From the NCBI GenBank assembly GCA_044238735.1, contig JBIICS010000003.1, positions 1-49,883 of the forward strand: a DNA stretch of 49,883 bases, written 5' to 3'. Source of the stretch: Bacteroidia bacterium (GTDB lineage Bacteria; Bacteroidota; Bacteroidia; UBA4408). Positions within the stretch are counted from its first letter, which is position 1, and every line of letters begins with the position of its first letter. The notes beneath the pieces are model-generated. The model was not told the DNA's origin, searched no databases, and was given only the letters and a program-made list of their open reading frames with translations. This document shows, piece after piece, positions 1 to 9,552 of the stretch. Made by a program: the position numbers and the translations under genes.

Positions 1-391
1 CCCTTCGATACCTCAGGGTGACATTCTCTGTGTTTGTCAGGCTGAGCTTGTCGAAGCCTTTTTGTTTATTTTAATTTTTATTTTCTACCCTTCGATACCT
101 CAGGGTGACATTCTCTGTGTTTGTCAGGCTGAGCTTCTCGAAGCCTTTTTGTTTATTTTAATTTTTATTATCTACCCTTCGATACCTCAGGGTGACATTC
201 TCTGTGTTTGTCGGGCTGAGCTTGTCGAAGCCTTTTTGTTTATTTAAATTTTATTATCTACCCTTCGATACCTCAGGGTGACATTCTCTGTGTTTGTCAG
301 GCTGAGCTTGTCGAAGCCTTTTTGTTTATTTAAATTTTATTATCTACCCTTCGATTCCTCACGGTGACATTCTCTGTGTTTGTCGAGCTGA
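1..391. repeat. Tandem array of 86-87 bp units (4 complete plus 1 truncated), each with an inverted pair of REP-like palindromes (BIME-like array)
   Basis: Units start at 1, 88, 175, 261 and 347. Each is CCCTTCGATACCTCAGGGTGACA, an 11-nt spacer, TGTCAGGCTGAGCTTGTCGAAG (imperfect reverse complement of the first arm) and an AT-rich linker. Linkers are near-identical, so this is not CRISPR. The array may continue upstream of the window. Confidence 0.92.
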
Positions 392-434
392 GTTAATAAT
401 CATACCGAATTATTTGTAATGAGTATTATAAAAA

Positions 435-1142
435 TTATTCTTTCTCAAACACTATTTTCTCATCCAGCCAACCCATTTGTTTTAAAATCCAGCGTTGTTT
501 TTTGGAGATATAAGGAGTGGGTTTAACCGGACTCCATTTAACCGGATTGGGTAAAACAGCTGCTATTGCAGCGCATTGCGAGGCGCTTAGTTTATCGGCG
601 GGTTTGTTATAGTAGTATTGAGCCGCCGCTTCTGCTCCATATATACCTCGGCCCATTTCTATAATGTTTAAATACACCTCCATTATTCGTTCCTTACTCC
701 AGAAAATTTCGATTAAAAAAGTAAAATACACTTCAAGTCCTTTTCTAATCCAGCTTCTACCAGGCCATAAAAAAGCATTTTTAGCGGTTTGCTGCGAAAT
801 AGTACTTGCTCCCTTAATTTTCTTTCCTTTCTTTTTTTCATTGTATTCCATTGCTTTCTCAATGGCTTTTAAATCAAAACCATTGTGTTCTAAAAACAAC
901 TGGTCTTCTGCTGCAACTACTGCTAATGGAAAATTGTTATTGATTTTTTCAAGAGGCACCCAGTCTTTTTTAAAATGCCAGTCTTGTTCCTCGCCCATTT
1001 GCTCTATAGTTTTAATAACCATTAAGGGAGAAATGGGCACTGGAAAAAAGCGGTAAAGTATTACAAAAAACAAAGTTGAACCAAAGAAAAACAAAACCAA
1101 ACGGACGAACCATTTTTTTATGTTTTTCTTTAGGTTTTTCAT
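435..1142 (-). CDS. mtgA: Monofunctional biosynthetic peptidoglycan transglycosylase
   Basis: N-terminal TM helix; GT51 motifs AAEDQLFLEHNGFD, GASTISQQTAKNAFLW, RKGLE, KERIMEVYLNIIEMG. Confidence 0.95.
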   Translation of the reverse strand: MKNLKKNIKKWFVRLVLFFFGSTLFFVILYRFFPVPISPLMVIKTIEQMGEEQDWHFKKDWVPLEKINNNFPLAVVAAEDQLFLEHNGFDLKAIEKAMEYNEKKKGKKIKGASTISQQTAKNAFLWPGRSWIRKGLEVYFTFLIEIFWSKERIMEVYLNIIEMGRGIYGAEAAAQYYYNKPADKLSASQCAAIAAVLPNPVKWSPVKPTPYISKKQRWILKQMGWLDEKIVFEKE

Positions 1143-1184
1143 GTTAGTTAGAATTTTTGTTTAAAATATTTTAACTGCCTTCAT

Positions 1185-1252
1185 CGTCATTGCGATCCAA
1201 TTGCCTCATTCTATATTAAGTATTCAGATTCCGGGTCAAGCCCGAAATGACG
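1185..1252. repeat. Degenerate REP-like palindromic element (GTCATT...AATGAC class)
   Basis: CGTCATTGCG at 1185 and GATTCCGGGTCAAGCCCGAAATGACG at 1227-1252. The ends (CGTCATT/AATGACG) are inverted, and the right arm has an internal hairpin. Confidence 0.65.
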
Positions 1253-1284
1253 AAATAGTGCGTGCAGCTAACAATTCGAAATTA

Positions 1285-4200
1285 CTAACTCTCAATCCAC
1301 TTGCGTGCATTAACAAACGCTTCTATCCATGGTGAAATTTCATCTCTATTTTCTTTGTCCGGATAATAGGCCCAGTTCCAAGGAAAGATAGAACGCTCAA
1401 TGTGTGGCATCATTACTAAATGACGGCCTGTTTTATCGCACATCATGGCTGTGCTAAAGTCAGATCCGTTAGGGTTTGCAGGATAATTTTCGTATGCATA
1501 CTTAGCAACGATATTGTATTTTTCCTCGCTGTAAGGTAATTTAAACTTTCCTTCTCCATGCGAAATCCATACCCCTAATGTAGATCCTTCTAATGCAGAC
1601 AACATTATCGAGTTATTCTTCTGAACTTTTACCGAAGTAAACCCGCTTTCATGTTTTCCGGAAGTATTGTGGTGCATTTTACCATGTATCTCGTGTTCAG
1701 GATTAATTAACTCAAGTTCCATCATTAACTGGCAACCGTTACAAATACCTACGGACAAAGTATCTTCGCGCTTAAAGAAATTCTTTAATGCAGTATTGGC
1801 TTTTTCGTTGTATAAGAAGGCACCTGCCCAGCCTTTTGCAGAGCCCAGTACATCTGAATTTGAGAAACCACCCACAGCGCCAATAAACTGAATATCTTCC
1901 AGAGTTTCTCTGCCCGAAATTAAATCGGTCATATGTACATCTTTCACGTCAAATCCAGCTAAATACATGGCGTGCGCCATTTCTCTTTCAGAATTTGAAC
2001 CTTTTTCGCGGATAATAGCCGCTTTTGGTCTTCTTGAATTTGAATTAACTGCCGGTAACTTTCCATTAAAATGAGATGGAAATGAAAAATTTAAGGGCTG
2101 ATGTTTGTAGTTTTTATAACGCTCATCAGCCATACCGTTCTTCGATTGTTTGGTGTCAAGTAAATAGGACGTTTTATACCAAACATCGCGCGTTTGAGCA
2201 ATATCAAAATTAAAACTGTCTTCTCCGTTCTTAATAGTAACGGTGTTAGCGTTTGTTACATTGCCAATTTTGAATAGTTCTATATTGGCTTTGGCAAAAG
2301 TACTTTCTATTGAAGCATCGGCCTGAAATACAATGGCGATGTTTTCATTAAATAATGCTTTAACGGTGTCTTTTTCGTTTAATACTGTTAAATCATAATT
2401 AGCTCCTAAATTATTATCGGCAAAGCATAGCTCAAGTAGGGTGGTGATCAAACCTCCGCTTCCTACATCGTGACCAGCCTTAATTTTATTTTCGTTGATT
2501 AAGTCTTGTACTAAATTAAATGCAGTTTTAAAATAGGCTGAATTCTTAATAGTTGGAACTTCTTTTCCAACTTTGTTTAAAATCTGTGCGAACGACGATC
2601 CGCCTAATTTAAAGTTATCCTGCGAAAGGTTAACATAGTATATATTTCCTCCGTTACGTTTTAAAACCGGTTCAACAACTTTATTGATATCCGTACAATT
2701 TCCTACGGATGAAATAATAACGGTTCCGGGAGCTATAACCTCATCGTTCGGATATTTTTGTTTCATGGAAAGGGAGTCTTTCCCTGTAGGGATATTGACT
2801 CCTAATTCAATGGCAAAATCCGAACAGCCTTTTACAGCATCATATAAACGTGCATCTTCACCTTCGTTTTTACATGCCCACATCCAGTTGGCCGATAACG
2901 AAATACCACTAATTCCATTCTTAACCGGTGCCCAAATAATATTAGATAAAGCTTCGCCAATTGAATTACGGGAGCCGGCAACCGGATCAACCAATGCCGA
3001 AACAGGCGAATGACCTATACTGGTAGCAATACCCTCTTTTCCCTTATAATCTAAAGCCATTACCCCTAAATTGTTTAAAGGTAATTGCAATGGACCTGCG
3101 CATTGCTGTTTAGCTACTTTTCCGCCTACACAACGATCTACTTTATTGGTAAGCCAATCTTTACAAGCAACTGCTTCCAGTTGCAAAACGTTATTTAAAT
3201 AATTTGGTATTTCAGAAACAGCGTAATTTAAATCGCTGTAATTACGATTAATCGTTTTATCCAGCATTATGGTTTTAGGAGAGCTTCCAAAGAAATCATG
3301 TAAATCATAATCCATTGGTTTCACTCCTGTGTTTTTGGATACAAAGGTAAAGCGATGATCGTTGGTTACATCTCCAACGGCATACATCGGTGAGCGCTCG
3401 CGGTCTGCCACTCTTTTTAATGTTTCCAGGTCGCCTTCGCCAATAACTAATCCCATTCTTTCCTGAGATTCATTCCCAATAATTTCTTTTGCTGATAATG
3501 TAGGGTCACCTACCGGTAATTTATCCATGTCAATTAAACCACCAGTAGCTTCAACCAGCTCAGATAAACAGTTTAAGTGGCCGCCGGCACCATGATCGTG
3601 TATGGATAAAATTGGATTCTGATCACTTTCTACAAGACCTCTGATAGCATTGGCTGCACGCTTTTGCATCTCAGGGTTAGAACGTTGGATGGCGTTTAAT
3701 TCTATTCCCGAGCCAAACGCACCGGTATCAGCAGATGAAACCGCTGCTCCACCCATTCCAATACGATAATTTTCACCGCCCAGAATTACAATTTTATCTC
3801 CTTCTTTAGGTGTTTTCTTTTTCGCTTGCTCCAGCTTCCCATATCCAACACCTCCGGCAAGCATTATCACTTTGTCAAAACCAACTTTGCGATTGTTTTC
3901 CTGATGTTCGAAGGTTAATACCGAACCGGCAACAAGTGGCTGACCAAATTTATTCCCAAAATCAGAAGCTCCGTTAGAAGCTTTAATTAAGATGTCCATT
4001 GGAGTTTGGTATAGCCATTTACGTTCATCCATTCCTTTTTCCCATGGTCTGTCCTGCAATAAGCGGGAATAAGCCGTCATATATACTGCGGTTCCTGCCA
4101 AAGGTAAAGAACCTTGTCCGCCTGCTAATCGGTCTCTTATTTCGCCTCCCGATCCGGTAGCTGCACCATTAAAGGGCTCAACGGTTGTAGGGAAATTGTG

Positions 4201-4944
4201 AGTTTCTGCTTTTAGGGATATAACAGATTCAAATTCTTTTTCCTGGTAAAAATCAGGTTTATCGGCGCTTTTGGGACTAAACTGTACTGCTTTTGGTCCT
4301 TTTAAAAAAGCCACATTGTCTTTATAAGCTGAAACAATCTCGTTAGGATGTGTTTCGGAAGTTTTCTTGATAAGTTTAAAAAGAGAAGACGGTTTTTCCT
4401 CACCATCCACTACAAATGTTCCGTTAAAAATTTTGTGGCGACAGTGTTCGGAGTTTGCCTGAGAGAACGCGAAAATCTCAGAGTCAGTAAGTTTACGGCC
4501 AATTTTTTTAGAAAGATTATTTAAATATTCAACCTCTTCCGAACTAAGCGCTAAACCTTCCTTTTTGTTGTACGCATCAATATCTTCAATTTCTAAAATT
4601 GGTTCTGGCTTTATATTAATCGTATAAATTTCCTGGTTTAATTCAGGGAATTTCTGAGACAACATCGGGTCGAAACTATTAAAGTCAGCATCCACTTTCT
4701 CAAACTCTTCAATGCGAATAATGCCCGAAATCCCCATGTTTTGGGTAATTTCCACAGCATTAGTGCTCCAGGGTGTAACCATGCTGGCACGCGGACCAAC
4801 ATAATAACCATTTAAAACAGGTTGATTTATTTGATGAGCGCTTCCAAACAGCCAGTCTAGTTTGCTTACATCTTCATTATTAAGTGGATTTGCGACCTGT
4901 ACAGCGTAAGTTTTATTTTGCTGATTTCCGAAGAAAAGAATCAT
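1285..4944 (-). CDS. purL: Phosphoribosylformylglycinamidine synthase (large fused form)
   Basis: NSEHCRHKIFN, KAETHNFPT, GGEIRD, HDHGAGG and NESQERM motifs; C-terminal glutaminase with GICNGCQ and PHIER. Confidence 0.98.
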   Translation of the reverse strand: MILFFGNQQNKTYAVQVANPLNNEDVSKLDWLFGSAHQINQPVLNGYYVGPRASMVTPWSTNAVEITQNMGISGIIRIEEFEKVDADFNSFDPMLSQKFPELNQEIYTINIKPEPILEIEDIDAYNKKEGLALSSEEVEYLNNLSKKIGRKLTDSEIFAFSQANSEHCRHKIFNGTFVVDGEEKPSSLFKLIKKTSETHPNEIVSAYKDNVAFLKGPKAVQFSPKSADKPDFYQEKEFESVISLKAETHNFPTTVEPFNGAATGSGGEIRDRLAGGQGSLPLAGTAVYMTAYSRLLQDRPWEKGMDERKWLYQTPMDILIKASNGASDFGNKFGQPLVAGSVLTFEHQENNRKVGFDKVIMLAGGVGYGKLEQAKKKTPKEGDKIVILGGENYRIGMGGAAVSSADTGAFGSGIELNAIQRSNPEMQKRAANAIRGLVESDQNPILSIHDHGAGGHLNCLSELVEATGGLIDMDKLPVGDPTLSAKEIIGNESQERMGLVIGEGDLETLKRVADRERSPMYAVGDVTNDHRFTFVSKNTGVKPMDYDLHDFFGSSPKTIMLDKTINRNYSDLNYAVSEIPNYLNNVLQLEAVACKDWLTNKVDRCVGGKVAKQQCAGPLQLPLNNLGVMALDYKGKEGIATSIGHSPVSALVDPVAGSRNSIGEALSNIIWAPVKNGISGISLSANWMWACKNEGEDARLYDAVKGCSDFAIELGVNIPTGKDSLSMKQKYPNDEVIAPGTVIISSVGNCTDINKVVEPVLKRNGGNIYYVNLSQDNFKLGGSSFAQILNKVGKEVPTIKNSAYFKTAFNLVQDLINENKIKAGHDVGSGGLITTLLELCFADNNLGANYDLTVLNEKDTVKALFNENIAIVFQADASIESTFAKANIELFKIGNVTNANTVTIKNGEDSFNFDIAQTRDVWYKTSYLLDTKQSKNGMADERYKNYKHQPLNFSFPSHFNGKLPAVNSNSRRPKAAIIREKGSNSEREMAHAMYLAGFDVKDVHMTDLISGRETLEDIQFIGAVGGFSNSDVLGSAKGWAGAFLYNEKANTALKNFFKREDTLSVGICNGCQLMMELELINPEHEIHGKMHHNTSGKHESGFTSVKVQKNNSIMLSALEGSTLGVWISHGEGKFKLPYSEEKYNIVAKYAYENYPANPNGSDFSTAMMCDKTGRHLVMMPHIERSIFPWNWAYYPDKENRDEISPWIEAFVNARKWIES

Positions 4945-4980
4945 TTTAGCTTATATTAAATCCGTTCAATTTTAAGAAAC

Positions 4981-4989
4981 GCAAAGGTA
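4981..4989 (-). promoter_or_regulatory. Bacteroidota -7 promoter element for purL
   Basis: Minus strand reads TACCTTTGC (TAnnTTTG consensus), 36 nt upstream of the purL start. Confidence 0.7.
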
Positions 4990-5002
4990 CTTAATTAAAT
5001 TA

Positions 5003-5113
5003 AGTTGAGAGTTGAGAGTTAAAAGTTGATAGAAATGTTTATTAATTAAAAGGCATAATATAGGGTACAAATTCAGAAATTTACTCTAAACTTTCAACTT
5101 TTAACTTTCAACT
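5003..5113. repeat. Inverted pair of tandem heptamer arrays (AGTTGAG/AGTTAAA units) around a ~50-60 bp core
   Basis: Left arm 5003-5030 is AGTTGAG AGTTGAG AGTTAAA AGTTGAT. Right arm 5081-5113, reverse-complemented, is AGTTGAA AGTTAAA AGTTGAA AGTTTAG AGTAA. Confidence 0.85.
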
Positions 5114-5115
5114 GA

Positions 5116-5904
5116 TTATAGGCATCCCGTTCTTCCACCATCAACTGGTACATTAATTCCGGTAATGTAAGAGGCAGCGGGTGAAACCAAAAAAGAAACC
5201 GCGTTTGCAATTTCATCTGCCTGAGCAAATCTGCCCATGGGTATTTCGTGGATCATTTCATTCCGAAGTTCTTCTATTGACCTGCCGGTTTTACTCGATT
5301 TAGACTCCAATAACTGTTTAATTCTAATAGTTTCGGTGGCGCCGGGTAGTACATTATTAACTGTTATTCCAAAAGGAGCAATTTCAATAGATAAGGTTTT
5401 AGACCAATTAGCAACAGCGGCGCGGATAGTATTGGAAACTCCTAATCCCTTTAATGGTTGCTTAACCGATGTTGATATAATATTTACAATTCTTCCATAC
5501 CCCTCAGCTTTCATTCCGGGTATTACAGATTGCGCCAATATGTGATTGCATATCAGATGATTATTAAAGGCTGCAGTAAACTCCTGATTCTTTGCATTTA
5601 AAATCTCACCGCCTGCCGGTCCACCAGTATTATTTACGAGTATATGAAAAGGTCCTTTTTTTTCTATGATGGAATCTATTTCCATTTTTACGGATGCCGG
5701 TAAAGAAAAATCGGCAGAAACAGTGTAGTGCCTTTGTTTTAGAGGGCGGGGTAACTCTTTTTTAGTTTTTTCAAGTTTACGTAAGTCGCGGGCAACCAAA
5801 ACGATACTGGCTCCCATTTCTGCCAATTGAAATGCTATTGCTCTTCCAATACCCTGAGTGCTTCCACACACAATAGCCTTTTTTCCCTCTAAATTTAAGT
5901 TCAT
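5116..5904 (-). CDS. SDR family oxidoreductase
   Basis: Rossmann motif VCGSTQGIG, NNTGGP, NNVLPG, C-terminal YITGINVPVDGG. Confidence 0.92.
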   Translation of the reverse strand: MNLNLEGKKAIVCGSTQGIGRAIAFQLAEMGASIVLVARDLRKLEKTKKELPRPLKQRHYTVSADFSLPASVKMEIDSIIEKKGPFHILVNNTGGPAGGEILNAKNQEFTAAFNNHLICNHILAQSVIPGMKAEGYGRIVNIISTSVKQPLKGLGVSNTIRAAVANWSKTLSIEIAPFGITVNNVLPGATETIRIKQLLESKSSKTGRSIEELRNEMIHEIPMGRFAQADEIANAVSFLVSPAASYITGINVPVDGGRTGCL

Positions 5905-6019
5905 TAGATAAAAATAGGAAAATGTTTAATATTCTCTTTAAAAAATGACCTTTAATTCGATCGTCATTTCAATGTATATTAAAAAAATTCATAATTTAGA
6001 TTCAAATATCAGATAAATA

Positions 6020-7318
6020 ATGTTGACCAACAATTTATTTAAGAGTTTTTTTATTGTTTTTGCCCTATTCATTATATCCTTTAAACAGGCATTCTGCCAA
6101 GCCCGATTAATACTAAATAACGGGGCTTTTATTAATATTAATAATGGTGCTTTTTTAGTGATTGACAATAGTGCTTCAAACGCAATTACACGAAATACGA
6201 CAGGTCATATAATTTCTGAAGGCGAGAACAACCGAGTAGCCTGGGCAATCAGAACTAATTCAGGTTCATACACTGTTCCTTTTGGTTACAGTACTTCAGA
6301 TTATATTCCGTTAACCTTTAATATTAGTTCTGCCGGAGTTGGTGCCGGTAATTTTATATTTAGTACTTACCGCTCGCCATCATGGGACAATAATGCCAAT
6401 AAACCAACGGGCGTTTCGCACATGTATCAAAACGGAACATTAAGCAACAACAGTGCAAAAGTAATTGATCGATTTTATCAAATCGACGCAACAACGGCAA
6501 CGTATACAACAAAGCCGGTTATAAACAGTGTTTTACTTTCTTATGCAGATGCCGAACATTCGGTTGCCAGTAATTCAATTACCGAAGCCAATTTAGGCGC
6601 ACAATATTTTACTTCAGGATCCGGATGGTTGCCTAATTTTGGGATTGGAACTGCTAATACTTTAAATAACAATGTAACAGCATCCAGCAATTTACCTCTG
6701 TTAAATTCCACAAAATGGTGGACTCTTGTTGATAAATCTAGCCCTTTGCCAATTACACTTAGTTACTTTAGAATATTATGCGAAACCAATAAAACAATTT
6801 TTGATTTTCAAACAACATCAGAACGTAACACACACTTTTTCGAAATTAAAGTAATTGAAAACGGCGAGTTAAACACCATTGCCAGTATAGCTGCTCAAGG
6901 CAATAGTAATCAGGTTAAAAATTACGACTATCTATTTCAAGGAATTTTTTCTAATGAAAGTTTATTTTATTTAGACGAAATCGATTTAGATGGTGAAAGC
7001 CATCAATATGGACCATTTCAATATCAATCCTTTTGTAATGAAACTAATGACGAAGGATTTTCTAACGTGGTTGTATTCCCTAATCCTGCCCGAGAAGAAA
7101 TTAATGTAAATTTCACCAATTTAACACAAGGAGATTTAGAGATTGTTTTAACTAACGCAATCGGACAAACAGTATTTCATAAAAAGTTTGAAAATCTAAT
7201 GACAGAGTCAACTATTAAAATACCCATAGAAAACCTTTCAAGAGGTATTTACTTTCTAAACATAAACAATAACAAGAAATCACAAAAATCATTCAAAATA
7301 TCACTTGCAGAACCATGA
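6020..7318 (+). CDS. T9SS type A sorting domain-containing secreted protein
   Basis: Signal peptide (FCQA); LPITLSYF Ig-like linker; CTD VVFPNPAREE...LSRGIYFL...KSFKI. Confidence 0.85.
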   Translation: MLTNNLFKSFFIVFALFIISFKQAFCQARLILNNGAFININNGAFLVIDNSASNAITRNTTGHIISEGENNRVAWAIRTNSGSYTVPFGYSTSDYIPLTFNISSAGVGAGNFIFSTYRSPSWDNNANKPTGVSHMYQNGTLSNNSAKVIDRFYQIDATTATYTTKPVINSVLLSYADAEHSVASNSITEANLGAQYFTSGSGWLPNFGIGTANTLNNNVTASSNLPLLNSTKWWTLVDKSSPLPITLSYFRILCETNKTIFDFQTTSERNTHFFEIKVIENGELNTIASIAAQGNSNQVKNYDYLFQGIFSNESLFYLDEIDLDGESHQYGPFQYQSFCNETNDEGFSNVVVFPNPAREEINVNFTNLTQGDLEIVLTNAIGQTVFHKKFENLMTESTIKIPIENLSRGIYFLNINNNKKSQKSFKISLAEP

Positions 7319-9408
7319 AAATGAGATTCGTTTTAGCGTTAATGCTTCTATTTACTGGTGTTAAAGCACAAAATATAGGCATCAATACGGATGGAAGCAC
7401 CCCAGATACAAAAGCACTTTTAGACATAAAGGGATCCGGATCTGGCTTGTTAATTCCTCGTATGGCATGGAGTTCAAGACCATCTGGTTTAACAGCTACC
7501 CAAAACGGTTTAATTATTTACAGCACAGACGGTGATGGAACTAATGGAGTAGGGTTTTATTATTATAATAATCCTAACTGGTTGCCTTTATTTGACAATA
7601 ATAAGGGTTGGAGTTTAAAAGGAAATGCAGGTATTACTCCTCCAGCATCCCCCACAACTTATGGAACCTCAACGTTTGGAACATCTGAAAATTTTTTAGG
7701 AACAACCGATGCACAGCCCCTTACTTTAGGCACTAATAGTCGTGAAAGAATGCGCATACTCAGCTCCGGTTTAATTGGCGTTGGAACTTCAACACCTGCA
7801 ATGTTAATAGATGTAAGCGGATCGACAACCACAAATAATGATGCCGTGTTAAGAGTTACTGCAACCGGCACCACAGGATCAGTTAATGCTATAATTGGTA
7901 CAAGCGCCTCCACCACGGGAACAGGTGTATATGGAAGAACTACTGCCGCTTCGGGTTCGAATAACGGAGTAGTGGGTGAGATTACAGCAGGAACTGGTAA
8001 TGGCGTTAAAGGCTTTGCTGGTACTGCATCAGGAAACAGTAGCACTGGCGTTTGGGGCTTAAACAATTCTACAACAACTGGTGCAATTGAGGCATTTGGT
8101 GTTTTGGGAACCAGTAAAGGTGCTGGAGCCACCTCCGCATCTCACTATGGTTTATTTGGTGACGCCGCAGGAGGCTCAAATAATTTTGGAGTATTTGGTA
8201 AAGTAAGTGGAGCCGCTACAAATAATTATGGTATTTACGGTGATGCGTCAGGAGCATCTACAAATAATATTGCAGCGTTTTTTTCTGCCACTGGCGCAAC
8301 AAACAATTATGGTCTAATTGTGCCAAATGGTGGGGGTAGAATTGGTTTTGGTACTTCAACCCCATCTTTTTTAGTGGATGTAAGAGGTTCGGCTTCGAGT
8401 GACCTAATTTACGCATCCAACTCTGGTACTGGAGATGTTTTTAGAGGAATTGCAAATGGTGACATACAATATGCTTGTTTTTTTGGAAATAATTCCCCAA
8501 ATACAAACGGAACTGGATATTTAATTACAAACTCAAATGCTGGTTTACAAGGGCAAATAAATAATACTCAACAATATTCATTCGGGGTTTATGGAAATAG
8601 TGGAGATGGATTAAGATCGGGTGGAGTTATAGGCTCTAATGGATATGCAGGTGGTTGGGGTTGCTTAGGTTACAGAACTTCGGGAGGCGGCAGATGGTCA
8701 TTATATTACTCTAACGATGGTACTTTAGGTGGGGCAAATACAGGTTCTGGTAAAGCAACAAGCGATAATTTAAAACCCGCAAATGGTTTAGGAATGGGCG
8801 GTTATGCCAGTTTGCTCGGAGGATTTGTGAGAGGTGAAATTTACGGGATGTTTATAAAAGGCGAACGTATGGGTATGTATATCGATGGCAAAACATTCTC
8901 TAACCATATTTATGCAGTAATATTAAATGGAAAGAAGGATAAAAAGACGGTTACCTATACCCAGTTAAGTGAAAAACCTAGTTTAACATATACAGGAAAA
9001 ACTAAATTAAATAATGGTGAATGCTTTATTCCTTGGAGCGATAATGTTCTTAATAATAATGAAATAAACGAAGATGATATAAATTTTAGTATAACTCCAC
9101 TAGGGAATTGTAAAGGACTTTATGTAGCCGAGGTAAATAAAAAGGGGTTTTTTGTAAAGGAATTAATGGATGGAAATAGTAATGTAAGTTTTAATTACAC
9201 CGTTATTTTAAGTAACTTAAATTTAGATGATAGTGCTCCCGAAGAAATTTTAGATAAGGAATTTGATAAAAATATTAAAGCCGTAATGCAGAACGAAAAT
9301 GACTCAAAAATTATATCAAAAGGCATGTATTGGGATGGTAATAACCTAATTTTTGATAATCCTCCAGAAAATTCTGTTATTGAAAAAGCTTATAAGAAAA
9401 TAGATTAA
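7315..9408 (+). CDS. Secreted Gly-rich fibre-like (tail-fibre/adhesin-like) repeat protein
   Basis: Signal peptide (VKA-Q); NIGINTDGSTPD..ALLDIK..GLLIPRM head motif; repeated IG(V/F)GTSTP; about 9 G[VLI][YFVWKL]G repeats; no T9SS CTD; overlaps the upstream stop (ATGA). Confidence 0.7.
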   Translation: MKMRFVLALMLLFTGVKAQNIGINTDGSTPDTKALLDIKGSGSGLLIPRMAWSSRPSGLTATQNGLIIYSTDGDGTNGVGFYYYNNPNWLPLFDNNKGWSLKGNAGITPPASPTTYGTSTFGTSENFLGTTDAQPLTLGTNSRERMRILSSGLIGVGTSTPAMLIDVSGSTTTNNDAVLRVTATGTTGSVNAIIGTSASTTGTGVYGRTTAASGSNNGVVGEITAGTGNGVKGFAGTASGNSSTGVWGLNNSTTTGAIEAFGVLGTSKGAGATSASHYGLFGDAAGGSNNFGVFGKVSGAATNNYGIYGDASGASTNNIAAFFSATGATNNYGLIVPNGGGRIGFGTSTPSFLVDVRGSASSDLIYASNSGTGDVFRGIANGDIQYACFFGNNSPNTNGTGYLITNSNAGLQGQINNTQQYSFGVYGNSGDGLRSGGVIGSNGYAGGWGCLGYRTSGGGRWSLYYSNDGTLGGANTGSGKATSDNLKPANGLGMGGYASLLGGFVRGEIYGMFIKGERMGMYIDGKTFSNHIYAVILNGKKDKKTVTYTQLSEKPSLTYTGKTKLNNGECFIPWSDNVLNNNEINEDDINFSITPLGNCKGLYVAEVNKKGFFVKELMDGNSNVSFNYTVILSNLNLDDSAPEEILDKEFDKNIKAVMQNENDSKIISKGMYWDGNNLIFDNPPENSVIEKAYKKID

Positions 9409-9552
9409 TTTTTTAAACCCTATACTCTTGCTTTTTTTCAAATTTGAGGGGCTGCCCCCCATTTCAATCTTATTTATTCAATGTAACAAGTTGTTGCTTT
9501 TTATCGTAAAAAAAATTAAATTAGTAGTAAATAAAATAGCATAGGACTAATC

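Noticed and set aside
62-247. 61-aa ORF
   Set aside because: It is only the translation of the tandem repeat units.
1-391. CRISPR array
   Set aside because: The sequences between repeats are near-identical rather than unique spacers, the unit is 86-87 bp, and no cas genes are in the window.
664-5545. Antisense ORFs inside mtgA, purL and the SDR (664, 1667, 2684, 5237)
   Set aside because: They lie opposite well-supported conserved genes and show no recognisable motifs.
5943-5969. AAATGAC-n13-GTCATTT inverted repeat in the divergent SDR / T9SS-cluster gap
   Set aside because: Arms are only 7 bp in AT-rich DNA and cannot be distinguished from chance or a REP fragment.
7659-8132. 157-aa Pro/Val-rich minus-strand ORF
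   Set aside because: It is the antisense shadow of the Gly/Thr repeats in the fibre-like gene.
7315-9408. Prophage remnant
   Set aside because: The fibre-like protein has a Sec signal peptide, and no other phage genes, integrase or att sites were seen.
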